Origin: Cyanophora paradoxa CCMP329
Taxonomy: Eukaryota; Plantae; Glaucophyta
Assembly: GCA_004431415.1 (NCBI GenBank)
Contig: QPMI01000226.1
Span: 14,982 to 78,981 of the forward strand
Direction: 5' to 3'
Length of the DNA stretch: 64,000 nt
Under the pieces are notes generated by a model, which worked only from the letters and a program-made list of their open reading frames with translations, searched no databases and had not been told where the DNA came from. Shown piece by piece: positions 37,540 through 56,069 of this stretch (position 1 is the stretch's first letter; every line of letters starts with the position of its first letter). The position numbers were made by a program, and so were the translations under genes.

Positions 37540-38192
37540 CGCGCTGATCCCCTGCAAAGCGCTCGATCTGCGCTCTTTTTGAGCTCAGGTGCTCCGCTTC
37601 AGGCTATCGCTGACGGCGAATTTCGAAGTCCAGCGCTCCCGCCCAATCTGTTTCCACTTACCCCCCTGGGGAAAAAAGATTAGGCGGCGGCAAGAGCAGC
37701 AGCAGCAAACGAGAAGCGAGGCCGCGCGCTGAAACACCAGACTATCTTGGTAAGCCCATTCACAAGCTCGCCCACGCTCGTGGGGTCTCGGTGCCGGTGC
37801 TCGGTCTCCCACGGCTAGCCCGGCGCGCCGGCAGCGCTTTTCGAGAGCTGCTCTTCGCATCTCGTCCCCCGCTCGTCGCCAGCCTCCGGAGGCGCGGGCG
37901 CCGCGCTTCCGACCGGTCCTCTGCACACCTTCGAGTCCTGATTGATCCTAGAGCCTCGTTTTCTGCTCTAACGCACGCATCCCTAGCACCGCTCCGCCCG
38001 CCGGAAAGCGAATGGCAGGAGCAATCTCTAAGCGCTCGCGTATTCCACCGCGGAGAAGCCCGCCGGGCGTGAAGAAGCTCGTTGCAGAGCGTCGTTCTCC
38101 TTCTTAGCTGTTCCCGCGTCGCCGATTCGGTCAGCTTAGCTGACCGGAGTCCTTCCAGGTCTTGGCGCGGTTCGCGCACGCCGCTTCGCACG

Positions 38193-45524
<7,332 letters not shown>

Positions 45525-45866
45525 CGCCCGCGACGTCCACCCCCGTCCTCTCCCCTCCCCAGGCTCCCCTCCACCACCACGGTGCCCACCCTGTATTGCG
45601 TATGCACACTGCAGTCGCCGCGAGTCTCGTATGTGTTACGTTCTGTCCCGACTCCGGAATTTTAAACTCGTAAAGAAATCAAATGCAAGCTTCGAGCTTT
45701 AATTGATTTCATGCCATGATGGGCACTGTTTCATGCGCACTAGTACTGCACACAGTGGCACTTAAAAAGCTTGTCGATCCACGGCCCCCGCCCCGGCGCC
45801 GGACTGCAAGCTTAAGCCGGGGTCGGCCTCTCATGTTAGCTATGCGCATGCAATGATGCCATGATA

Positions 45867-46896
45867 TTGGAAACGGGGTAGGGCCCCCGTTTTCGGTAAC
45901 TTACAAAATGACGGTCCTGCTCATGTCCCGATCCAGCTCCGAGCTCTTAACCGAGTGTTGGTGCATGCATGAGAGCCCGGAATCCGTTGTCAGAACCCGG
46001 AAAGAGCGGAATGCTGCTCGGAAAAAAGGACCAGACCCTTTCCTGGACTATCCCTTGCAGCGCCTGATCCTGTGGTCGTATAGGGGCCGGACCAAGTGCA
46101 TAAGAAAGCTCTTGCAATGCTCGGCAGCGCTTGTCATACATGCCAGAGCTCGGGAAGCAGCGCGTGGCGCGCTAGGCCGCATCAAGTACCTGCTGTACCG
46201 AACGCGGAAAAAAAGAGCTCCTGAGAGTTGGAGGCGATATCATGTTGCAGTACCCGTGCGTAAGCCGGCGTGCTAGCCGACAGGCTCGCTAGCTGGCCAG
46301 CGTAGCTAGGTGAGCTCCGGCGCCGGCTAGCGGCTTGCAGGACTTAGGCGCGCGCCGCGGCGCTGGCGCCGCGGCCGCCCCGGGCCAGCCTGGCAGCTGC
46401 AGGCGGTACGGTTGCCGGCGCTGGCCGCCTCAGGCCGGCGCCGGCGCCCGCGGCCGGTCAGTGCGGTCGACGTCATGCATATGCTACTAGCCGCTGAGCC
46501 ACTGTGACAGGCTACACGTGCAGCTGCATGCGCATCATGGCATGCGCACATGCGCATGCGCTATCCTAGTATGCACGCGCCGGCGCGCGGCAGCCGCATG
46601 CCGCAGTGCGCCGCGGCGCATGCATGATCATGAGGTGAGCTCCGGATCCGCACTGCGGCAGCTGCGCATGCCGATGACGAGCTTGATCATGAGCTGATGC
46701 GCGCGCGCATGCGCAGCTGCAGCCGCCGCAGTGCAGCTGCCGATGGCGAGCTAGCGGCGTAGCGCTCGCCGAGTCGACTCGGCGAGCACCCAATTGCAAC
46801 TAGCTCGACCTACGGGTCACCTACCCCGTTTCCAACCGGCGGCCGGCCGCGGCCAGTCAGAGGCTCAGAGCCCGAGCAGAGGCCGCCGCGTGCTAG
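45867..46896 (+). mobile_element. Non-autonomous Helentron/Helitron-like element, copy 2
   Basis: Same termini as copy 1: TTGGAAACGGGGTAGG at 45867, inverse at 46820-46835, shared tail ending GTGCTAG, flanked by A and T. Confidence 0.75.
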
Positions 46897-47154
46897 TCGA
46901 TATGGATGGACGTCGACGTCGACTTGCAATTGCGCGCTTGCGATCAGCGGCCGCCGGGCCCTAAGGAGCGACACCTAAGGAGCGATAAGCGGCGCATCGT
47001 TTGTTGCGCTTCCGTGCGACGTCGACTAGTACTGCGCTTCCGGACGACGTCGACAAGCTACAGCGCAGCACAGTCTGATAATCCTGTACCCGGGCACTAA
47101 CCGCCAGTGCCGTCACGAAGTGTGCACGACGTGCTGGGAGGCTTAAACAGCGAG

Positions 47155-50100
47155 ATGGACGGAAGCGGCGGCACCGCTCCTGTAACCCCTGAGCGACCTG
47201 GGGCACCGAGCGAGCTCCAGGACAGCTTCAACTTCGGTTCGTTTGCGCCCGACGCGGCGGCTTCGCGGACTGAGCCGGTTGCAGGCTCCTTCTTTGCAGC
47301 GGGAAGCGCAAGCGAGGGTCGCGGCCGCAGCCTGAAGGGCGAGCTTCATGACATTTTCTTGGCGTACGCGTCACGCGGCGAGCGCGCAGCGGAGCCCCGC
47401 CTTGGCCTTCGAAACTGGACTCGCTTTGCGGAAGACTGTTGCATCGTCGGGGGCGGAGATCCCGGCCTGGCACCTGCGGAGGTCGACCTGGTGTTTGCGA
47501 AGGTATACGTAGCGCCCCATCGCCCTGTGCCGATCGAAGGCTGCTGAGCGCGCAATAGGTGGTTGGACGGCGGCAGGACTCGGCGAATGCGGGCCGCCTC
47601 TCCTTCAGCTCGTTTTGCAGGGCGCTGGGGATGCTCGCGGTGAAGGTCTTCTGCGACCGCATGTCCCCGCCGGAGGCACTCGCGGAGTTGTTGGGGCGTC
47701 ATGTATTGCCGCTCGCGGCGCGCAAGCTCCTCGATGCGGCGGACGCGCCGACGGCGCTGAGCGGGAGCTTCGCGGAGAGCTTCGCGACGACCCCCGGTGC
47801 CCTGGTGCCCTCACTATTGGACGTGGTGCGCCACCTGAACAGCCGCCCGCGACGAACCCCTTTCTAACGCGGAGAGGGGCAGGACGCGGGGGTGCGAGGG
47901 GCGCTTGAGCCGCACGAGGAGAACCTCTTGCGAGTGTTCGAGCACTTTTCATCGTTGGATGCGGGGGCGTGGGGTCGAGGCCCGGCGCGGGACCCGGCTT
48001 CGAGCGACTGGAGCCTCGTCGCTGCACGGTGCATGGGGTGTGCGCGGGGCGCTGAGGCTGGAGCCGAGCCCTGTGCACGTGCAGGGATGCAACTGTCAGC
48101 TGCAGCGAGTTCCTCGCCCTCGCCGCCCACCTCGGCATCTTCCCAACGCACGTTTCCCGTTCCGGCCTCCTCCGCACCTTCCGCGCTGCCACGGGCGGTG
48201 CCGATTTCGCGCCCGACGCAGGCCTCTCGTTTCCCCAGGTGCGGCATCTCGGCCTGCGCCGGGCCGCCAGAGTGCTGACGCTGGAGCTGCAGTTCCTGGA
48301 TGCCCTTGCCCGGACGGCGGTGGACGCCATGTCCCGTGCCCCCTATGCCGCCATGTACCCGTCTCGTGCTGAGAAGGTCCCGCTCGCCATCGCCGTGCTC
48401 TTTTCCGCGGGGGGGCCCTGCGCCAACGCAGTCAGGCAGGTGGCGGGCTTCGTGCGGAGGCTTGGTCTGGACGACCGTGCTGCACTGCACGCCGCTCTCT
48501 CCCGGTGAGTCAACTCTCTTTCGCATCGATAGTACTCCTGGCAGCCCAGTAGCCCAGTCAAAAGTTCATTTCTACAAGGCCTGACTGCGCCACGTCAGCT
48601 CTCATAAGAGCGTGGGCGTTGTCTTCCGTTCCCCACGACGCGGCGCATCCCCCTCGCGATCGCCCCGTCGCTCCCCTTCGCGCGCTGCGACTCCGCGGGA
48701 ACTCGGGGAATCCTTTGCTGCTGCTCTCGGCTCCCTCGACGCTGCCAACCCCAACCTCGCGTCCGCCCCCCCCTCGGCTTCCGCCCCTGCGAGCGGCGCC
48801 CTCGCCATCATCGACCAGAGCTACGCCAGCATCGCTGCGGCTGTCTCAGGTGCCCCCCGAACGCGCTGCCCTAAGTCGCGAGTGATGCGGGGCAGGGATG
48901 GGGCCCACGCAGTTGGCCTCTCTCGCCGACGCCGTCAATGCCGCCTCCAGTGCCCGCGATCACCTGCATCGGTGAGCGCGTCGCCTCTTATGCGTCTCCT
49001 GCCATGCTTAGTCGCCTCCGACAGGCTCAAGGCTGCTGTCGCGGAAGCCTCAGCACGAGCTGCGGCAGGGACCGCCAGCGCGGTCACAGGGGCAGGGAGC
49101 GGCTCCATCCCGGCTGCGGCGTGGCACGCGGCGTTCTTTGAGCCGAAAGAGCTCAACGCAAGGCCGCGCTTCAACCCAGGACGCTCCGATCCAGTGAGGC
49201 TCCCTCGCAGATACCACTTGCGCCGCCGACCACTGCGCAGCTGCTCGGCTCGCCGCAGCGCTCCTTCGCATCAACGGTTGCCTCGCGGGTAGCCCGCTCG
49301 CCCAAAGAAGACGCCTCCGGCAAGAGGCGATCCTCCGGCCTCCTGTCCGCACGTGCGCAAGTGCAGCTGCTGCAGTTGCGACTGCGATCTCACATATGAA
49401 GCCGCAGAGTGGCCAGATCTAGAGGCCGGGAGCAGTGGGGCTGACGTGGCAGCGGGGGATCGGGTCCCCCTTCTGGAGAGCTTTGGCCTGGGTGATGCCT
49501 CGCAAGAGAGCGCCTCCAAGGTTTGCGGGGAAGTGATAAATCCAGGGTTTTACCCGTCATGAGATCGCTCTCAGGTTGTGAAGAAGTCGCTGGAAGTTCG
49601 CCTCAACGAGGAGCGTGTCGAGCGCACCCGTGTGCAGGTGCGTTACGTGCCTGCGGGATTGTGCATGTGTAGACACGATCGGGCGGTCCGATCCGGTAGA
49701 GGGAGCTCGAGGAACGGGAGCTGCGGCTGCGGTCGGCGGAGGCTGAGCTGGACGAGCTCCGAGGGCGGCTGGCTGCGAGCGAGGAGGCGGCCAGGAGGGC
49801 AGGGCAGGCGGCGGCATCCGAGGCAAGGGAAGAACTTCGGGGCAAGCTGCGTGCTGCGGAGGACGAGTGCGCCCCTCCCCAACACTGTCGTTTCATTTGG
49901 CTCATCCGCAACGATCACCAGACTAGCACGGCTCTCCTCTCTCGTCGCTGCTCTCCACGCCGCTGTGCCGGACCTAGAGTCTGAACGCAACCGGCACCTG
50001 CACGCCTTCCAGGTCCGTTGCAGTGCCCCTTCGCGACGCCTCTCCCGCGCCCTCTGACCAATTGCAACTGATCATGATCAATTGCAGGCAAGCGAGGAGT

Positions 50101-50465
50101 ACCTCACTTCAGTCATGGCATTCCATGCAGTGCAGGAGCGCAAGGTGGCGACCCTGCACGCACTCCTCGTGCAGCGTGATGGCGAGCTCCGCCGTCTGAG
50201 GGAGAAGAATGCCGAGCTGGCTCGCGCTACTTGGGAAGAAGGTTCGAATTCGTTGCCCCCGAAAGGATCCGCGCCTTCAATGGGTGACTTTCCCCTTGCT
50301 AGGGCGGAGGCGGGCGTGTTCGAGTGCAGAGACTGCAACGCTTCGAAGCCGGATGACAGTGCTCAGGAAAGCGAATGCAAAGTTGCAGCGCGCCGGCGCC
50401 AGGGCATCGGTTTCTCATGCACTTTGACGCAACATGTGATATGGATGTCAGGCCTAGACGTATAG
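47155..50465 (+). CDS. p25alpha/TPPP-like (EF-hand-like) domain protein with C-terminal coiled coil
   Basis: LHDIFLAYA..LRNWTRFAEDC..AEVDLVFAK..RLSFSSFCRALGMLA matches the p25alpha pattern; second similar domain; heptad-rich tail; 3' end approximate. Confidence 0.62.
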
Positions 50466-51122
50466 CTATAGCTAGCTTTGTGACTGTTGCGTATACTGTT
50501 GCGGCCATAGCCAAGCTCAACTAATCATGATCATGCATATGATCATGAATGGGCAAATGAAAATCAAGATTGAATTCGAAACTCGATTCAACACCGTGCA
50601 CCGCCGGCCCGGCCCCGGGGCCCGGCGGGCTGATCATCCGCCGGCCGGGCATCATGGCATCATGCCATGATGATCATGGTCAACTCCGAATTCCGAAGTT
50701 CGAAAATCCCGTGCCACGGTGTAGGTACATGCGAACGGTACCGTAGTACTACGGTTCTGCAGCGCTACTAGGCTACTAGGGCTAGCTATAGCTCGCGCCG
50801 GCTTAGCCTAGTAGCTCGGAGCCTCCGAGGCTCGGAGGGGACCCGGCGGCAACGGCCCTCAGGGGCCTCGCGCTCGGGGGGCCGGGGGGGGGGGGGGGGG
50901 GGGGGAGCCGGGGCCGCCTCGCAAATTAAACCCCGGGCCCTGTACTACGGTACATGTACATGTCCCGCGGGCCCGGCCCTTCATGTGGCCATGATGGCCA
51001 AGCTCATGATCAACTAATCAAGAGTAGGCAAATAGAACTCAAGATTGAAAGTGGGGAAGTGGGGAAGGGCGGGGCGATGATGGGGGCGGGGCGGCGTGAG
51101 GGGCCCGGGGCGGGGGCGGGCG

Positions 51123-52679
51123 TCAGGAGTCGGAGGCGCGGGAGGCGGAGCGGGCGCGGGCGACGGCGGCGGAGGAGTGGATAGAGCGGGGCGAGTCGGA
51201 GCCGGAGTCGCCGCCCCCGCCGGCCCCCGCCGAGGGCACGGGGGTGGCCAGGCGGGCGCCCGGGGCGGCGAGGAGGGCCCCGCAGGAGGTGCAGCAGCGC
51301 GCGACGGGCGAGGCGGTCGCCCCGCACGCGTCGCACGTGCGCGCCAGCTTCGTCGGGCCCGGCACCGCCCGCACCGCCTCCGCCGCCGCCACCCCGCACT
51401 GCCGGCGCCGCCCGCCTCAGCGGGACGGGGGCGGCCGGGGCCGGGGGCGCGGGGGGGCGCACGCGCTGGCAGAAGCGGTGCCCCGGGACGAGCGGGGCGC
51501 GGCAGGAGGCGCAGACGTTGGCGGCGTTGACCTCGGGGCGGAAGCCGCCCAGGTTCACCTCCCCCGTCACGATCTTCTCCTTCGGGATCACGAACTTGCC
51601 CCGGATGCGCCTGGCCCGCCCGCCCTCAGCTGCGCGGCCCAGGGGCGGGGGCGGGCGGGGGCGGGGCGGGGGGCACCGGGAGAAGTGGAGGAAGCCGCCA
51701 ATGAAAGCTATTAGCGAGCTGACTGTCAGCCAGATTGCTATGATAGCCGGATAGCTGATAGCCGAGTGCGGCCGCGCAGCATGTAGCGGGACATCTCACC
51801 TAGCAGCGACAGCGACACGATCGTCGCCTCCGGCCACCGGAACCGCAGCAGCGCGAACGTCAGCGCGCTCAGCTGGAAGCTGATGATCCCTGCGCGCGCG
51901 CCCGTCGCGCAGGCCCCGCGGGGCGGGGGGCGAGCGGGAGCGGCTGGCCTGCAAAGAAGGCCCGGACGGCGACCTTCCGCTCGGCCGCCATCCCGTCGAC
52001 GGCGCGCTGCATCGACCCGTCCGGCCCTGCGCACGCCGCCCCTCGCCGCCTCGCCCCGCCCACCCGCCGCACGCGCAGCGCGCACCGCGCAGCGCGAGCC
52101 CCGTTCCGAAGATGATGGTGAACTGCGTGGCGAGTCAGCGGGCGGTGCGGCGAAAGAGCGATCGACGTCTCACAGTGGCGTTGGAGACGGTGACTGCGAG
52201 GCGGCGCTCGCGGGTCAGATCGCGGTCGGTCGGGCCCGAACAGGCAGCGCACGCAAATTGAGAGCCATCGATAGCGTCGTCGTCGTCAGATACAAAATCT
52301 TCAAAACTGCTCTCCGACGTGGACCGAGGCACTTGAATCGGAGACAGACAAGAACTGAATCGGAGGCACTTCTGAACGCACTCTGACTGATTATTGTGTT
52401 GTCCTCGAAATGAACTTGCATACTGCAGCGGTGTTAGAATGGACTTGCATACTGCAGCTTGTTGGGGCTTATTTTACTTGGCATAGCTGAAACCGGCCAA
52501 TAGGGCGCATGTCGTGGCGATGGACCCCATGCTCGCTGCAGAACAGACGTCAGCGAGTACGACGCAAGCAAACCGCTGCAGCTGGGCGCACTGTTGAAGA
52601 ACGCAAGCTCCTTCTCTCGAATCTGGATCGAACGCTGCTTCAGATCGGCCTCAAGGGCCTGCTTCTCTGCGGCCAACAT
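51123..52679 (-). CDS. Orai-like four-TM protein with C-terminal double zinc ribbon
   Basis: Spliced: MLAAEKQALEADLKQRSIQIREKELAFFN-TSMGSIATTCALLAGFSYANMQV; ILYLTTTTLSMALNLLAVTVS; GLALRGPDGSMQRAVDGM; RAFFAGIISFQLSALTFALLRF; CASC..FCQQCG, CDAC..CTSCG. Confidence 0.7.
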
Positions 52680-52997
52680 CCTGAGGTTGGTGATGCCGTA
52701 CCCCCACCGGGAGATCAAATTCTGAAGAGCTCGAGAGAGAGATTAGGTATCGATGGGGTCGAGTGCACGCGTACGGTGCACCGTGGCACCGCGTTCAAAG
52801 TTCTCGAGCTCGATCCCACGGCTCAATGGAAGTAATAATCGGAATGATTTAAAGCAGTTCAAGGCTCCCGAACCGAATTCAAGCGGGATGCTATATCTAG
52901 CTAGACGCTGAGCACTAATGAGGTCGAGCTCGAGGTGGATCAGATGGATGGTTGAATCTAGATAGGGGGGGGGCGGCTCGAGCTGGGGGCCTAATGA

Positions 52998-54043
52998 TCA
53001 GCGGGAGGCGCGGATGGCGGGGATGGCGACGGGGGGCCGGCCGCGTGGGCCGTGGGCGGGGCGGCGCCCTGCGGCTGCGCGGGAGAACTTGGGCGGGCGC
53101 TCCTCGCCCGGGTGGAAGAGCACGCCCTCCCCTTCCTCCTCGTCTGTCGTCGTCTCCAAGAGCACCTTCGCCACCGGCTCGCCCAGGCCCCGCCCCGCCA
53201 CCCGCTGCGGCGTCGCGAGCGGGCTCGGTGGCAGCCGCGCCGGCGGCGGCAGGTCGAGTGGCGAGGCCGAGGGCGAGGGGGGGACGGGGGCGCGGGGCCG
53301 GATGAAGGGGGAGGGCCGGCAGCGTGCGCCGGGCTCGAGGGCGCAGATCTCGGGCTCGTCGGCGCCGGGCGAGGCGCACGCGATCTCGTCCAGCTGCTGC
53401 ATCCAGCTCGAAAGCGACGCGAAGCGATCGGCCTCCGCCGCCGCCTCCTCGGGCCCCGCGCCGGCCGCGGAGGCCTGCACGAAGTCGATCTGGAGGGGCG
53501 CCGGAAGCTCCCGCTCCGGCACCGGTGCAGCAGCCGCTCTCCTCGCCGAGGCCGGCGGGGAGCGCGCCGGCGTGCGGCCTGGAGGCTGGCGGAGGACGGA
53601 GACGCCCTGAACTGCCACGCGTCCGGGGCTCGCGCTGATGGCGCTCTTCTTCGACGGCGTCGCGACCCGCTGCGCACCTGCACCGTTCCCAATGTTAGTA
53701 TGGGCTCAGTGAGGAGTGCAAGTAGGCGAGTAAGCAGGCGTCGTGGCCGCATCCGGGTGGCTGTCGTGTTCTAGTAACTTCGCAGTGCCGCACCGTAGAA
53801 CATAGATGCCTTCTTCTTCTGTTCCTCGAGAATCTGGTGCGCTAGATGTTCCCTCCGAGGCGTGAGCTGAGGCTGAGGCTGTGCCGCCGCCTTCGCTGGC
53901 GTTCGCTCCGGCGGTCCGAGGATACGGCTGAGCGGGGTGCGCAAAGGAGTTGCTATCTCATCCTTTGCATTGATATTATGCTCGCAGCCCGGTGATGGCC
54001 GCGGAGCCCGTACGGGCGTAGCCGGCGGGGCTTCTGCGCTCAT
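52998..54043 (-). CDS. Hypothetical disordered protein with multiple TPxK/R sites
   Basis: ATG at 54043, intron-like segments, coding-like last exon (ORF 52998-53618). Confidence 0.55.
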
Positions 54044-54400
54044 TGCAGGAGCCTTGGGAGGGCTGGGAATTCTGATGTACTTCGACGCGATGATGTAACA
54101 GGCTGGTCGGGCTAAAAGGCCCCTGTGAGCTCTCGAACGAGGTTCGGCTTCCCTTCCTACCGTTTGTCTTTCTTTCTCGGTGCTGTAGCCCCACAGAGAC
54201 ACCTCTACCCCGCTGCGCAAAGACAGACGTCGAGCGGGCAGCCAGCGCGCAGGCAGCAGTGCCTCTGTTTTGCGTGTGGTGCGCGCGCTGTAGTGCGTGC
54301 GCTAGTGCCTAGTGTGCGCTAACCGTTCCCAGACTCCCGGCTTTCAGACAGGCACGCAGCGGCGCTCTCTGAGCCTCTCTAGGGTATAAAGCTACTCAAC

Positions 54401-55556
54401 ATGTCGAAGTCGGCAAACCAGCCGTGAGCCCCCCAAGCGCAATCTCGTGTCCCACGACTGATCACTTCTCCCTCGCACCTTGGCCTCCGCCTCTTCGTTT
54501 CGCTGTTGATGATACGGCAGTTATGACCACCTGTGCGTTCCGATTCCTCGTTGCGCGCCCGAGCCGCGCTGAATTTCATGCGACGCTACCAGGTTCAAGC
54601 TCCTTCTCATTGGGGACAGTGGTGCGCCCTTGGAGCGATTCGCGCATCTCACTGAGCCTTCGATTCAATGAGCTGAGCCGCCTCGCGCTTCCCGCAGGCG
54701 TCGGCAAGAGTTGCCTGCTGCTGCGATTCGCCGACGACCAGTTCACGACAAATTTCATCACAACGATTGGGTGTGCTGCGTTGGAAGTTCAGCGACGGAT
54801 GATGCGGCGCTTACCACGCACGCTCGCAGTATCGACTTCAAGATCCGCACCATTGAGCTCGACGGCAAGCGCATCAAGCTCCAGATCTGGGACACCGCGG
54901 GGCAGGAGCGCTTCCGCACCATTACCACTGGTGTGGGTTGCGAGTTGGTGGCTCGGTTCAGCCGCCGGCTAACCGCAGCTGCGCTCCAGCGTACTACCGG
55001 GGCGCACAGGGCATCCTCCTAGTGTACGATGTCACCGACGAGACATCGTTCAACAGTGCGTTCGCGCGGGGCGCGAGTTGATCGATACTCACGCACCGCC
55101 GGGGTAGACATCCGGAACTGGATCCGGAACATCGACCAGCACGCGTCCGAGAACGTGAACAAGATTCTCATTGGCAACAAGTGCGATATGGCAGACAAGC
55201 GGGTTCGCGTGCCTTTCGTACCTCTTCCCCCGCGCCGTGCTCACGCTCTGGGGCAGGTGGTGGACACGGCGCGGGGGCAGGCGCTGGCGGACGAGTACCG
55301 GATGAAGTTCTTCGAGACGAGCGCGAAGTCGAACATCAACGTCGAGCAGGCCTTCTACTCCATCGCGAAGGACATCAAGAACCGCCTCGTCGACTCCCAG
55401 CCGGGGAAGCCGTGCGTCCCCGCCCCCCCCCGGCTAGCGCTCCCGGGGCGGCGCCGCTCACCTTCCGGCAGGTCCGCCGCGACGGGCGTCCGGCTGCAGG
55501 ACCCCAAGCGCGCCGGCGCTGCCGCCGCCGGCAAGAAGCAGGGATGCTGCGCATAG
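54401..55556 (+). CDS. RAB8: Rab8/RabE/Sec4 small GTPase
   Basis: [73 protein letters not shown]-terminal CCA prenylation motif. Confidence 0.96.
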
Positions 55557-56069
55557 CCGGCGCCCCAGCCCTCGTGCCGCCCCAACGCTGCAGCCTTCCT
55601 CCTTTTCCCCGGCCACCCGAACCGCCGGGCGCGGCGCCGCACGCGCCTGCTCCCTTCCCACCTCATCCGCTCCTTTTCCGGAGCCCGCGCTCGAGCTCCA
55701 CCCTCTCCGCTCCGCCCCATCCTCGCTCCCCCGGCACCTCACGTCGCATCGACCCGGACCTGACAGCCCTAGAGCCTAGAATGTACACATGCTTTCGCAC
55801 TGCCTCGCCGCGGCCGGATCCGGGGCGGGCGCGGGGCGGCAGGTCTGCGCGCGTCTCTTGCAAACTAGGATTCCGGAAGTAGGTGTACGTAGTCGTGTAT
55901 ATGACTCTCGGCGAGAGGACGCTTGCCGCTGCGCCAAACCGGAGCGGTACTTCGACCGGCCGCCGGGCTAGGAGCGCTGCAACTGCTGTATCTGCCCGTA
56001 CCCCTCACAACGCAGCAATTTGCCAGCAAATTGGCTCTCCCGGGCTCTTTGAGCTACTGGGGAGCTACA

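Noticed and set aside
50885-50905. Poly-G run as a G-quadruplex regulatory element
   Set aside because: G-runs are ubiquitous here and homopolymer length is unreliable; no specific evidence
54385-54390. TATAAA upstream of Rab8
   Set aside because: Only about 10 nt before the ATG, too close to be a functional TATA box
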